A stretch of 62,947 bases of DNA, counting the filler, from Choristocarpus tenellus KU-1152 (taxonomy: Eukaryota; Protista; Phaeophyceae): assembly GCA_964200185.2 (NCBI GenBank). It is 12 parts of 12 records of this genome, joined end to end, with 100 filler letters (N's around TTAATTAATTAA, not from the genome) between each part and the next. Parts side by side here need not be neighbours in the genome. Positions count along the whole stretch, not along the records: positions 8,811 to 13,916 come from CAXNAD020011853.1; positions 14,017 to 18,673 come from CAXNAD020013595.1; positions 18,774 to 21,537 come from CAXNAD020024944.1; positions 21,638 to 39,282 come from CAXNAD020000642.1; 8 more parts are not named here. One strand, 5' to 3'. Position 1 is the first letter of the stretch; every line of letters begins with the position of its first letter. A program made the translations under genes and the position numbers. The notes under the pieces were generated by a model. The model was not told where the DNA came from and made no database searches. It saw nothing but the letters and a program-made list of their open reading frames with translations. Positions 13,422 through 28,000 of this stretch are shown here, piece by piece.

Positions 13422-14599
13422 CTGTGAGAAAGAGGCTACGGGGGTTAGGGTTTATACATTCAGAAGTCCTGCACTGCTATGGTGTCAACAGAGTTAAAAG
13501 AGAGCAGAGAGTGGTGTATGAGAAGGGAGGTTGAAACACATACAGGAACGCATGCATGCTAGTCAACAGGCAGCTAAGAGGGGGAAACGAGAGTGAAGTT
13601 AATTGGTACAGCAACCTCACGACTATCTCATGGATAGGGTAAGAACATGCCACTGTTGTATCACACCATACCCTGCAAACATCCCAGGTCATCTGGCATC
13701 CACACCCACCCATCATAGTTCATCATCCCTATGACTGCACATAACCTGTTTTATACCACAACAATACCGAGTTACACATTTCTTCCACAAAACAAACTAC
13801 TGTCCAACAACCCCGTCACAATAAAAGCACCATGCACTGAGACCCAAAGTATCTGGGGGGGGGGGGGAGCTACACGAGGGTGTCCTTTTGGCCCAAAATT
13901 AGGAATAGTGCGATTANNNNNNNNNNNNNNNNNNNNNNNNNNNNNNNNNNNNNNNNNNNNTTAATTAATTAANNNNNNNNNNNNNNNNNNNNNNNNNNNN
14001 NNNNNNNNNNNNNNNNACTCCATACATATTTTACCGTAACTGTCCGATAGAGTTGGAAGAGTCTAATCGAACAGGCATAGCCGCGTCCGTTCGGGAGCCA
14101 AACATCAGTGTTACCATTTGGATGTAATTTTGGCTAGTGTGTTTGTTAGGAAGTATCAACATCCTTGTTACCGACACACCTTTTCTTAACGTACACATTT
14201 TACCTACTCTGAAATATTTCGGAATAGATAAAATGCCATTAAAAAAACAAAGGAAGCCAAGACCCAAACAGACAATCAGGGCCAAACTCGTACACTCTAT
14301 GATACCTTCACTCATAATCAATTACCGTTAGAACATCATGGCGCATAGGAAGCATGGATTAGTTGCCACCTATTAAACATACAAGTAGTATGTGCCATAT
14401 ATGAGTTGCCACAGATATTGATTCAATTTTGTTTCCTTCTTTTTATCTTAACATTAGAATCACCAGTTGTGTATTGATTTTCTTCTCCCCTCTGGTTGGC
14501 ATTGCCCCCACTTAAGACACCAACCTCACTCTGAGTTGATTGTGCCTGATACTAGATGCCATATATTCATAAGGTAAAACACCCCCTCAAAAACTCTTC

Positions 14600-17500
14600 T
14601 CTTCACAAGGTGACTCAGAACATGCATATCTTCCTTTGAGCGTGTAAAGGAATACCCAAAACTTTGTACCAAATAACCTCTGACTGTGCACAGCATGTCA
14701 CTAGGTTTGTCAGAACGAATTCGTCAGTGCTTCACTGCATTACGACGCCCCTTCTCTACAAGCCTGTCACTGCACAAGAAAGCACGATTATTTCAATCTC
14801 AGGTTTCAACTGGTTACGAGCCTCACACGATTCTCCTCCCCCTCTGCACCCTGATACCCTTGACTTCATAATGGTGAGCAAGCCACTCCCACATCTTTGC
14901 TCCTAAACGTTCAATGGCAAGTCGATTGCGGATCTTGGTTTTATGTGGTGCAAGTACTCCCATTCTACAGAGGAGTGAAGTATGACCGTACACAGATTGT
15001 ATCAACTTGAAGATGCTGAGATTGTTTTGCTTCACACCAGTCTCTGTTTTATACCAAAATGTAACACCCTTGCGCTGCCTCAGTCGAAAACCTGATCGTC
15101 AGGGAGAAACAAGGACTATATCTCTACAACAAGACTTCCATACACGAATAGGTATCAAGCCAATCTTCACTTTTATACAGAGAAGTTGCCAACCGTATAC
15201 TGGCAGCCCTTGCACCGATGCTTCAACCTGTTCTGACCCAGAAGCCTTCGCCCGCTGTCTGTGCAGCCTTAAATACCGAACCTCCTTCCGTTCCCAGCAA
15301 GCACAGTACCTCGTTCGTTCCCCCCCCAAAAAGCAAGGCACCAAAACCCGTTCGATCAGTCACATCCGTTCCCCAGCCTGTGCTTTGATCCCTACCTGCT
15401 TTAGCCACAGACAGGGCGAACGATAGAAGTCGGCACGATTTGGGCAAAGTCATACCTCCATCTTCTACCTCCACAAGATGAAGTCGACATATGACTAAAG
15501 GCACACCGAGTTTGCTTTCATCATGCCTGTAGTGAAGACTGCTTCACGTCTATAACTGACGAGTGAAGGTATACGTAATGCCACTCGCTAGTTCCCAGAG
15601 GAATCCATTCATACCTTTCGGGAACCCACCGAGGACCTCCTGGTACTCAATCTACTGTAGTATCTCGTACGATGGTAGCCTTAATAGAAATGAATCTCCG
15701 ATACCTACCAGCGATGCAATACTCGAAACTTTCTCCACTATCCGCGAGAAGCCCAACCGTTTCGGATGTTGCAGAGTCGTCTTGAAGTTACACCATGGAG
15801 TCTGAATTTCCAGACATGTCATTCCAACTATAGACATTTAGTCTTTCGTTTCCACTTCGAGAATATTTACCATGACACCGGCCTGTGGTACTACCCAAGT
15901 ATCGACATATGCTCCTGATATGTCACCCACACAGAGTCCACTCGAGAATGCTTGCCCAGGTGCTCCTTGACACAGGTGCTGGTCTCATCTATTTTTGCGA
16001 AAATTGCTTACCACAGCTCAACATGACAGGCAAAGGTACCTTAAATGTAGCAAACCTCAGAGGGTGCAATATTCTACCTGTGCTGGTACTGAGATCATGC
16101 AAGCTTCTAATAGCGTTTTCCCCAGAGGAAAAGTACGCAATATGGGTTGTAGGATAATGGTGGGGCTGCCATACAAAATTATTTTTAGGAGCAACACTTT
16201 GTAGACAACACTAGAGGGAATTGTTATTTAGATAAGATCAATGCTCCCAACCATCACCACTGCCACCGTGGGTACCTTTTGTCAACATTCCAACACCCAG
16301 ATCGAGCAGTAACAATGTACCCTTGTCAGACCTTAGCAAATGGCATTGTAGTACAAAGGAAACTTCTAAGATAGATAGTTGTCAGACTAGGTAACTAAAC
16401 AGAAGAAATGAACAGCTTTAACTTACTACAGTTGGGTGTTTATCATGCCTTCTAGGACCTTCACAACTCTAACACAGGACCATGCCCAACTAATGTTCCC
16501 ACCCAAGAACAACTCTTGCCTCGAGAGGATGTGCTACATCTCTTCCCTCTAGGTACTAGCGTCAAACATTGTGGAAGGATGAAAGCTGAAGAGACTAGTA
16601 GGATAAGGTTCAGTTTTTGAGTTCAAGTCACCCCACTGGAGGGTATGGTTAATGAATGGAGGTAAGGAGGAATTCAGTAGGAGAGAGATGAGTGCCTCCT
16701 CCAGAAAACCTCCCAGCAGGTAGCAACTGTATGCCTAAGGACGAGGAGAGGTTCAGCCGGTACACGTTAGAACAAGAGATTAAAGCAATGATAATCATAG
16801 GCACTGAAAGGAACATGAGACAGCAGAAGTTGGAATGAAGAAGCTGCCCACATTTTACCACACATTAATATACATTGGTTCTATAGGCTGAAATCCTTAA
16901 AAAAAGACAATCACTGAACTCACTACTTCTTATTTTTTATTTATTTTTCCCTTTTCTATTCTGTAACAACTCTCTGTGATCTTGAATCCTTATGTTTTTC
17001 TAATGCTTATATATTTTTAGTCTCATCCCATCATCCCATGATTTTTAATTTCATTTTCTTTTCATAGTTGTTACTCTTCTTATTTACTGAGAGTTTTTCT
17101 TTTCTTTTTTTCCTTTTACTTTTTGTGCTTTCATTTTATTTTATGTACTATTCAGTTTTCACTTTGTTGCCCTCATCATCTCCACTATTTTCATCTATTT
17201 TATTTCTCTCTATTTATTATTATTATAGTACTAATTGCTGCTCTCATCGACCCTTCCTTATTTATTTATCTTAATTTTTTTCATTGCCTGTTTGCACACT
17301 AGCACCCTTGAGTATGCTTTGTGAATGGGGGGCATAGGACAGGCAATAATCATATGCTGTGTAGGTCATGAATGATATAAGTCTAATCCTTGATAGCACT
17401 TGCATTTATATAACCCGGAAGATTGGAAAGGAAGACGCACAAATTGGATGCCCAATCAGAGCTATGTATTTTGTAACATTTGAAGGTCTAGTTCAAAAGA

Positions 17501-18673
17501 AATAAATGTATACTCAGACTAGGCCAGGGGCAATCTGACTCTAATGGTATTCTGTGACCCTTTGGAAAGTTTTCCCAGGATAAACAAGGACATTTGCTGA
17601 CCTGTTTTGAAGCTAGTTGGAGTTATATACATATATATATATATATTTAAATAAAAGTACATACTCTTATCTAGTCAGATATATATTGATCTTGACTGTG
17701 CCTTACGACTTTTGAGGATCCGTTCTCGAAGGAAACGAGGGGATTGTTGATCATTGTTGGAATCCATGGGTTAATTTGGAACAGGAGTCTCTATGTCGGA
17801 GGAAACTGGCAGAGTCTGAACTAAAGCCCCTATGTTACCAAATGGTAATCATGCATGCCACCACAGCATGATCTAAGGCGATAGATATTTACTATCCAGA
17901 TAATGATTATTGCCTGTAGAAAGCATGGAACAGGTAGCCTCTGCATGGAACATAGGATAGCAGAAGTCAGAAATATGAAGTAACCCATATCCGACCAGAC
18001 AGTAAATTCACAGGGTGCTTTTATTTATTTTCTCACTTTCTTTTTTCATTTTTACTTTTTTGCTATATTGATTTTGTTTCCTTTTTTTTCTTTCTCCCTT
18101 TCTATTAGACCAGGTACCCCCTTGCGCCCTTACTATGCTCTACCTTCAATTCTTTCTTTTTTTTCCCTTGTATCCTCTGTTTTATATTATTTATTATTCA
18201 TTTTGGGTGCTGATGTTGATGTTATTGCCTGTTTTACGCACTAGCAGTCGTCAGAATGCTTCATGCTGGGGGAATGTGACAGGCAGTATTCAGAGTATAC
18301 ATGGCACTCTAGGGAAGCTGTTTTTTTTAGAGAGATTGAATATATCCTCAGATTAGGCTAGATGTAGACAGATTTTCCCAAGTAAGTCAAGGATGGATGT
18401 TGTGGACCTAGTAGGAGTACGGTATCCTTTTTCTCTCCCTACTTTTTTTACTTTTTTTGCAAGAGGATGATCTGAGGTGATTTTGGTAAGCATGAAACTT
18501 GTATCGCTAGTTCACGCTGGGGGGCATGTTACAGGCGAATAGCGCGAGCGTTTCTTCTAGTATTTCAACGAAGTGCAAGGGTTTGTTACACGCGAATAGC
18601 GCGAACATTTTCTTCTTGTGTTTCAGGAAATACGAACATTTCTAACAGACGTAGAGTGTGAGGATTGTTTCTT
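14600..18673 (+). mobile_element. Non-autonomous Ty3/Gypsy LTR element: decayed gag-like region, protease, Tudor-like remnant, PPT and start of the 3' LTR at 18527
   Basis: VLLDTGAG retropepsin motif (DTG at 15969-15977); GGGGGGCA|TGTTACAGGCG PPT/LTR junction; 15553-18673 is colinear with the reverse complement of 44603-48181. Left boundary approximate. Confidence 0.8.
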
Positions 18674-18773
18674 NNNNNNNNNNNNNNNNNNNNNNNNNNN
18701 NNNNNNNNNNNNNNNNNTTAATTAATTAANNNNNNNNNNNNNNNNNNNNNNNNNNNNNNNNNNNNNNNNNNNN

Positions 18774-19240
18774 ATCCAGGCTACGCCAAATTGTTTTGGT
18801 GACTACGCAAGTGGCATTGTTTCGATGTGTGATGCGCTTCAAACTAGAGTCGCCAGGGAGATGGGCATGGAGGGGTTTGTTGGATTCTTGGGATGCCTCC
18901 CTAGTTCCCCCCCCTGGGGCACAGGAGTAGGTAGATGGGAAGCTAAGGAAGACAGTAGTACAATATTGATAGTGGTGAAGTAACTGATAGTTGATTGGTT
19001 TTCACACTACTTACAGTGTTTTATAGTGCTCTTAAGTTTAGGATATTTTATTTCTTTATGGCTAATAACGACATATAATATTTCATTTGTTTTCCCCCTG
19101 ACACATCTGCAAAATGTCAGAGGACATAATAATACAAATATTTTATTTCTTCAGGGCTAATAACGACATATGTATAGTTTTCATTGGTTTCCCCCCTGAC
19201 ACATCTGAAAAATGTCAGAGAGCATAATAGTATAATATAT
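18774..19240 (+). mobile_element. 3' end of the CRE-like LINE, with two tandem terminal hairpin/(AAT) tails
   Basis: Homologous to the reverse complement of 29870-30205; CCCCCTGACACATCTG(C/A)AAAATGTCAGAG..CATAATA occurs twice. Confidence 0.8.
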
Positions 19241-20332
19241 GGCCAAGACAAAGGACCAGCAGATAATATTTAATATTCAGCAAATGTTCATTTAACTTAA
19301 CCAGCTGCTTTGGGCGAAGAGTGTTTTATGCGCTCTAAGCTTTTCAATAACTTGTACTCGTGCTGATCGTTTCATATGTGTTCCTTCATCGACAGTTGCA
19401 CTACCCCTCTACCATCTACAGCTGACATCCCACCACTAACTGAATTTAAGACGGGCTCTTTTGAAACCCTCTAGCTTCTTTCCCAGCTGGGGCTGCAGTT
19501 CTCCAAACACGCAGCGTGTGAACTGTTCTATACTATGCTACCTGCATCTAGAATATCCTGTGACAATCGCTCCCCCTTTAGGATACTAACTACTTCCAAC
19601 TCTACAGAGCTCTTTGCGGCAGAAAGTGGTGTAAGTAGGGAATGGTACCGACAAACTACTTGGGCAACCTATTTTGTGCCACTTGAAATGTACAAGATGA
19701 GGATGTTAGCTTTCGGTCTCTGTTGTGTATAAAAAGGACTTCCGGCTCGGAGAAAACGTTGGGAATGGGAGCCGTAGAATCCATACTCTTATCAACACAA
19801 CAAAAGGGATAGAAGTCGGAGTGTAGTGTGTGGTTCATTTAATTTTGTGTTCATATCTGTGCCTGAAACGAGCGCGTGGTGAAGAAGCTGTTTCTTTCCT
19901 TCGTGCATGTCCCTTGAAACAACACCCTCTTATGTGCTTGGTCCCTGCACCTCACGTGGCAATCACTTCTTTGAAATTATCTCCAGCCTTCCAACCCTCT
20001 ACAGAATTGCACGCGCTCAGATGAACATGTTCCGATAATTCACATATGCACCAGGAAAAAAAGAGAAAAAAGGAACGGAAGCTCCACCAGGTAGTAGCCA
20101 ATGTATTCCAGAAGACCTGCGAGGAATGGAACAGCGGGATAGTGCGCTTGGGTAAACCCATGTGGGTTGTGCTGGGGGGAAATGAGAAGGCGAGCTTCTG
20201 CCAGTTTGAAGCCATAGTGCTCTAGAAGCACCAGGAAGAAATGCACAAGGGGGGCTATGCCAGGGTAGCAGGGATGAGCTGTGCCTGGATAGATGGGGAG
20301 GGCCGTTCCAGGGGGGGTCTGTTTCTGTGTAT

Positions 20333-20595
20333 GAGTCAAAGTATCTTAGGGTTAGGGTAGAGCCCCATCCGCTTGGGGACCAAAATCCAATGTTGCGATT
20401 TTGATGAAATTTTGACTATCGTGTTTGTTAGGAAGTGTCAATATCCTTGTTCCTGACACACCTTTTAATAATGTACACATTTTACCTACTCCAAAACCTT
20501 TCGGAGTAGGAAAATGTAATAAAAAAACCCGTTAAAAGCCAAGCCCCAAACGGACAAAAGGGGCAAAACTCGTACCCTCTAAGATACTTTCACTC
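20333..20595. mobile_element. ~265-bp MITE with GAG...CTC termini and 4-bp TSD (Sola-type); other copies at 40956-41224 and 61320-61581, partial copies at ~14077-14313 and 3704-3771
   Basis: TIR GAGTCAAAGTATCTTAG / CTAAGATACTTTCACTC. TSD is GTAT here and TAAC at 40952-40955/41225-41228; the TSD is not intact in the 61320 copy. Confidence 0.88.
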
Positions 20596-22085
20596 GTATA
20601 CGGAAGACCTAGCTATCTGTACACGTGTAGTGTGGGGTCTGTACGCTACTTAATCCTTCAGAGTGGGGGCAAAAGGAAATTTTATGGTGATAATGAAGAC
20701 ATCAAAGGCGATGGCCTTACCAGACAGTTTAACAGTATGTTTAAGTCTGAACCAACCATTTCCTCATTATTGCTCGATATACTAACAAATCGACTACAGG
20801 ACGAAGAAAAGGGGGGGAGTGTCTGACGATAGCTGTAAATATCCACTGCTTCGTATCTGGCAATAGCTACTTACGGCTTTTCTCTGTTTTGATTCATGAT
20901 TCATCCAAGACCTGATCTTGTGGTGTGTCTGCTGTTGCTTAGAAATGGTAAAGCATCATCATCAACACTCCTGATGTGGATATGACTGTAAAGACAACAG
21001 CTTGGAGTAAGTCAGTGATCACAAGCATTTCACGTGGTGCATCACTACTTTGTACCTCTGGAATACCCCGTATGTCTTTTGGCTGTGTGCTCATCGTTTT
21101 GTTCTGGTCCCTATCCTCTGCTTGGGTCTGCTGAGAGCTTTCTATTACTGCCTGCCTACTACTACTGTGCGTAGGAAGTGCATTGCTTCTATTGAACTAC
21201 CATTCCCTTTCCTTCTGCCAACCCCGGAGGAGGAGGAGGAGGTGTCTCGGTTGGTCACATATTCCTGCTCTGGTTTCATTGTATCTTGTGTGACAAGATA
21301 GCTACAGCCTCCAGATCCACACACAACCCTGCAGTAGTATACACTCGGACAACCTGGCTGAAACAGATTGTGCGCATTAAGACGAGATGATGGAAGCTTG
21401 ATGTTGCGCCACATGGTCATCCAACCGCACATAAATCATACCAACACTTGTCTTTCTCCTACGGTGCAACCACTTGGTAAGGCCCAAAGTATCTGGGGGG
21501 GGGGGTGGCGGCTGTCCATTTGGGGTCAATCTTTTCANNNNNNNNNNNNNNNNNNNNNNNNNNNNNNNNNNNNNNNNNNNNTTAATTAATTAANNNNNNN
21601 NNNNNNNNNNNNNNNNNNNNNNNNNNNNNNNNNNNNNCATAAATAATTTACCGTAACTGTCCGATAGAGTTGGAAGAGTCTAATCGAACAGAAGTAACAC
21701 ACACAGCACAGAGAATACAAACACAATAATTGCACCAGGGTTTATTAATACATACAGTATATTCAATACATACATACATATTTTGTTTCCCTGTAGTACG
21801 AAGGGTTTAGATGACTAAGTTAGAAACAATGTCACAGCAAGTCGACGGATAGAATTTGTTGCCGTAGTCTACACATTCACCCATTCCAGTAAAGAAAAAC
21901 CGACCCTACATCAGAACAAGAAGAAACGCCAACTAATATTATTCGGTTTCCTATCATTTTTTTATGTACTCACCAACGTCCACCCCATCTATTGCTGCAA
22001 AATAATTAAATTCTGCCCACAACACATCAAAGTAGCATTCCGCAAATCTAAACCCACGGAAAAGAGGAGAATATCTGACAGCTTA

Positions 22086-24260
22086 CATTCACACTCCTCC
22101 AGCACCACTAGGAGGAGAGACACAGAGTGATGGAGGCTGTTCCTGGTTAGCAGGGGATCTGTGCCAGGGTGCAAAGATGGCACAGGAGATCCACCAGCTA
22201 GCAGACTCTGAGGGCGACTTTGCCAGGGTAGGAGGAGGGCTGTATGCCAGGGAGGAGAGAGTAGGAGAAGCTCACTCCACCAGCTATCTGTCAGTCACGA
22301 TGCTCCATCACCACCATGACAAGGGCAGGAACGTCCTTTGCAGAGAACTTTCCACGCATAAACGATCTTGTGATCATTCAAGGCTGGAGGCTAATCTTGT
22401 TGGTGGAAGGTATAACAGTATCAATCACCCCATATGTCAAAATCTTTCTGAATCTCACTGTACAATCATTTCAAAGATCTCCAGGTGTATTGCTAAAAGT
22501 TCAGTCTATCGAAACAAAGGGTGTGGAAGAAGGAGTGCCTCCAGCAAAGGTATCCATGAGTGTCACAGAGCTAAACCTTCCAGAGAAGGGTCTTTGTTGC
22601 AGCGTCATCCATGATTCCATGCCTTTCCTAGTCAAGGGGCACTACTTTTGTTCCGGAATCTCATCCATTCACTATGCCAATGCGTTCTTATCTTGAATTA
22701 AGGACCTCCACCTGTTTGTTCAGTTGTGGTGAGTACACACCAACATTTCTTCGTTATCACTCCGGTAAACACTAGAGTACATTGTTAATAAACTTTTATC
22801 AAGAGGACCTGAGCCCCCAACTGCTTGCAGTGTGCTTGTACATAGGAGTACAAAAGTTAAGATAGGAGGTGGGTTTGCGGGCGAGAAGGTTACCAAGCAG
22901 AACCGTGCTGTTGGAGAAGTAGGGACCACTACAGTAGTAATTGCACCTTGCAAAAGTTGTTCGGATAGGCAGCGGGAAGACTGAGTCCAGTATACACACT
23001 ACATACATAGCAGTACTTTGTGTGCCTCTTTGATGTGTAAATCAACATTATAACTCTTTGAGCTGAACAGCAATATGCATTAAGAATTGACCTGACAATT
23101 GAGGAGATTGGGCACCAGTGGAGGCAAGCAATTTCTTCACGCATTACGCATGTTCACGTCACCCGGTGAATTCTCAGTTGAAGTAATTAATTCTACCTAC
23201 AACCGGCTTGTTAGTGGACATGGCAACATTCCCCACAAATGGTAATACTCGGCTCAATGATGCATCAAAATCACTTTCTCAAGGTACAGTCATCAACTGA
23301 GCAACAAAAACAGGAAAACATCTCAATCCTACACAGAAATCGGTGCAGCACTGATGCAGAGGGTGCCAAAAGGGTGGGTGACTATACTCTTGCAGCAGGA
23401 TATATGTCTATATAAATATAGATGTGTGCGTGAGAGAGAGAGGGGTAGAAAAAGGACTGCCACAAAAAATAAAAATACCTGTATTATGAGTAAGAGTAAT
23501 TAGTACTTCAAAGTAGAAGAGAGGAAGATAAGTAAAAAGCATAGAGGTTCCTTTCACCTCAACAAATCTCAGCCCCTAAAAAAAATGAAAAAATATGAAC
23601 ACCCTACATCAGGGAAGTCATTAAAAAATTGATGGAGTCGAAAAAACTTGATATGGCAAGGTGCAGGCTATTGTGTGTATAGGGAGGGAAAATATAACTT
23701 CACAGTCAACACAACCCAAGAGTAATTACCACTTCCCACAAGGGATTTCCTACTCCGCTCGTGATCAAAGACCAACAAACTAACAATAACCTCTTGAAGC
23801 ACTGTCCATCAAGCAGAGCACAGCACCTCACACAAACTACACCCAAACGCATGCGGATAGAATTGCATGAGGGTGTGGAAAGGTTGACTCCACCTTCACT
23901 AAACTGATTCAAACGCTTCACAAACGCCGCTCCCCCAACACTTCTCCTGTTCCATTCAAGGAATTGATGTACATGTAAATTTATACAGCTACAACAACAG
24001 TAGTGCACGTCCAGCATACTCAGTTGAACTAAATCTATGAACAATAACACTTTATCGTGTGAGTGTTGTCGGCAGTGGGGACTTCATACCCCAAATTTAC
24101 GACCCCCAAGCTGACAACTACTGTACTTCTACTAAGATGAGCTGCAAAAGGATCAACACAAAACCGTTCACTGTACAACTGCAACCTCCTCCTTACATCC
24201 AACCCTCGGCAGCAAGCCATCCCATACTTACGTAGCAGTTTCGGTGAAAGGGAGAGGCAT
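22086..24260 (-). CDS. Possible multi-exon hypothetical gene (weak)
   Basis: Phase-compatible candidate exons give MPLPFTETAT-ERFCVDPFAAHLSRSTVVVSLGVVNLG-RSVGGAAFVKRLNQFSEGG..., plus a further open segment SWWSELLLLSPPW...VVLEECE|gtaagc. No recognisable domain. Confidence 0.25.
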
Positions 24261-25054
24261 CGCAGTTAATCATTATTCTCACTGTAGTTACTAGAGAAAC
24301 TCAGTCTTGGAGGATTTCCCTCAATGCAGTTGAGTTTAGTATAAATCTATATAGAGCAGGTCAGATACCTTGCTTTGTGACTATAGTCTCACAGGCACAA
24401 AGTCCAATCCAAGAAAGTTATCCTCGACGAATACAGGCCTCCCAGATTGGGCATTGTACAAGTTACCAGAGTAACTTGTCAGGACAATGGAAAACATGAC
24501 AGTGCAATATGAACCAATCTGTATCATATTGGACTCTACCTGCAAAGTACAAGTGGGGGACTCAGGACTTGAAAACCAAAGCACTATCAAAAGAAAATGT
24601 GGCAGGAAGAGCATAATCCTCATTCCCAGGCATAAAACACAGTAAAAATTTGTAAACACAATAGTCATCAACAAGGCATTCAAGACAAGTCAAACATGTA
24701 CTAACCACATGAAACCAGCCGCTCCAAATCAGACCCTCATTCTCCCACCCCCTTGCAGGCAGTCACCATCCCACTCCATACCCATGTCACATTAGTGACA
24801 AGAGCATTCTTCCCTCCCAGGCATAATAGCATAAGAGGCAACAAGCCCATCACAGAGAATCAAACCAATGTCTGCTGATCACCCGATTCCCTCCCACCCT
24901 CCAATGCATACAGTACTTGAGGGCAGAGGTCTTAAGGTGTCAAATAAGCATAGCAATGGTGTAGACAGAGGCCAGAACCAGAGTCACCCCAAAACAATAA
25001 ACAAACAGGGAAAAGTGAAATGAATAGAAGACCAAGCCAGTGACACTCTTTCAT

Positions 25055-28000
25055 TCACGCATAGTCATACTGCTGCCTAAAGTCCACCTCTGCAAGACCC
25101 TCATCCTCTTCCAAGATCGCAACCTCCTCCCTCCTCTCCACTCTTCCTGACACTTGGTTGATGCTGTCAGCCCTTCCACCGCCTCCCAGGCCTGTTGAAT
25201 ACCCATAGAAATGTTGTTGATCTCCATCTCCACCAACCATCCCCTCTCCTACGTTTGCATCGGCCCCAGACGTAGCTACAACCCCAGTCGGAAGGGAGTA
25301 AGGCCGATCCGTCAACGCTGTCGTCAGTGCCTCTTCCACGATCTGAAAAAAATGCAAAAAGAAAGACAAACACAAGTGTTTATCACCATTCAGACGTGTT
25401 ACAATATTCTGCATGTTTGATTGCTTCAAGGTGGAAGAAAATATCGATCTGAGAGACAACAAAATGAGACTCAGATCAGCAAACCTTTGTGAGGCACTCT
25501 TCCCCATCACAGCAAGTGCACTGACTCACACCTGACAAGTGGGGTTACCAACCAACAACACCAGTTGGGCGGGCACCTAACCCACTACAGGTCACGAGGG
25601 CCCTCGATGGTTCTGCCATAAAACAAGGGCGTTTGTTTCCATAAACCTATAAAAACCCTAGGTGCGCCTAAAGATTTCTCCAGCTTTTTTCCATTTTTCA
25701 AAACAAGTTTGTCGCCTAGATCATCACTTAGATCAATTCATTTATAACACATGCAAACGTAATGATTAGGATCCGAGAAAAGCATCTTGGTGTTGAAAAG
25801 ACGAAATACTGATGCTCATATTGTTGTCAACATAGTCAAGACTCCTACCTGCAAGCATGAGGACGGAGACAGCCCAGAAGAGAGTGGGGATGACGATGCT
25901 GACCCTGCAAGCTTCCCCTGTTGGTGCTGCTCTTGCTGTGGCTGAAGTGGAGGGTTTGCACCCATGTTCCGTGAGAGGGTACGAAGGAATGCCGGTGGTG
26001 CTGCAGGTGAGAAGAGCATTGAGTTCCTCAGTGCTTCCAACAGTTGACCCTTGCAAATGCTTGTTGCAATTGATCTGTCATATTTCGGGGAGAGGTGGAC
26101 TCAGGGAGCTAAGAGAGAACAATTCTTACTCTCTTTCTCTTCTGCAAATTCAAAAAAAGGTATTATAACATATGATACTGTGTTTCAAAAGCACACAGTG
26201 CATATATATATATATATATATATCATTACTATTTTCTAGAGATACGTACAATCGCTGAGAAAAAACAATTGATGAGAACAAGTTCTCATGACTGCTTGAT
26301 ACAGGTGCGAAAACCTAATGCATATATATGAGCAGTTTTGTCAACAGAATACACTTTTCTAAGACATACACACAGACAAGTTTGGAAGTGTTCAAAATAG
26401 ATCAGAGGTCTATAGTAGATATGAGAAGCACAGCTTTTGAACCCACAGCAAACAGTTACACCAGTTATTTTTGCATAGCACAGCGGAGAGCCATGTACGT
26501 CTTTCCATGCACATATTCTTTGCATATGTTTGCTGGCCCTAGAATATGTGCACATAATGGAGATTCAGAGAAACTTCTTGGGGTATTCCAGCTGGCCAGT
26601 AAGTACGAATGTATGGGATAATTACTATTTTTCTTTAAATGCCTGTGTGTAGGTCTAAATATTAAGAAAGATGGATGCTTGTACTAAAGAGTGAGTGTGA
26701 TGATACTGCAGGCATGACCAACCAGACTGGAACCTCAGAAAATGAAATAGGGAAGATGTAGATGAAACACCTTGGTATCTGAAAAATATCTCTCGGAGCA
26801 CCCATGACCATAGATATCTGTAAGGTATAGTCCCTCCAAGAGGTGTCCAATTTCCCCCCTCAAGGTCAGTGGAAGAGTCAAAGGAGTATGAAGAAGGTGA
26901 GACATTGTATGCCAAGTCAAATCAAAGGTTGCAATGGTCTTTGTTTGGGGACACGCACAGAGCTCCAATCATCTGGAGTTCGTTTGCTTACATGGGCTAA
27001 GGGGATGTACAACAGTTCTGATCTACTCATGGTGTACATGGAGCACAAATTCATCATCGTACGCTGGAGTGTCAACGAGCATTTGATTTTCACAGAGGTT
27101 GATCCGGCTATGGCATGCTCGTCCTGATCCCGAGTACACTCAATACTTACGAGCCAAGTAGATAATTGGATTCGAGCACTTCCAAATTACAAGCCTTGCT
27201 AGCCCTCCAAGATATTACACCCAACAGCCCCATTGTAGAACCGGCTACTTTACGATTCACAGTCATGCTCGCAGTTTTCATTGCCAAGTCACTACCATTG
27301 GTTCACACAATTTATCTTATTGCCGATATGACATGTACATCTCACCCAATAGACTTTAGAGTGTTGCAGGAGCACTCATAGAGCATTAGCTCTCCACCTG
27401 ACGTGAGTACCGGGTCCCCACCAGCTCCCAGTAAGACGCGTTTTGCCACGAAGGCGGCATCCGTCACTACTCCCTGCTCATCCACTGATACCTATATGAC
27501 CAGGTCCCAGAAAGAGGTGGATTTGGGATCGTTCGGCTGGTCAAAGGCATATCATCACACTAAACCATCCGCATGCAGGCGAAAATAACCATAGTTCGCG
27601 TTGTACATGATTGGATCACGACTGTGTCTACTAAAAACAAAACAGCACTTCACAAGCCTACGTCTCACGACCGAAATAATCGTGTGATTATTGATTAGAC
27701 GTAAATGTTGCAACCACGAGATTTTACCGGAGACATTCATGCAACGAGTCAACCGCAGCATGCAAATGTGCCAATTATAACATGGATACAAACGGTATTG
27801 CCCAGTCTAGAAAAACTCAAGAGAGATGAGAGAGATGCAATATGTGATGTAAACCAATATCGCTCGCACAACCCTACAGAGCATGGGTTACCTGTATGTC
27901 ACACACACAACCACAACCACTTCCTTTACCGCAGCCGTGCCCTTGACCGTGTCGCAACAGGACCTCCCTCCCTCGCTGAGCCCAAGGGGTGTCAGGGATG

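Noticed and set aside
26990-27123. Open 44-codon AG...GT segment (minus) in intron 2 of the IscU-like gene
   Set aside because: It is open only in phase 0, whereas the intron is phase 2, and including it would break the gap-free IscU alignment.
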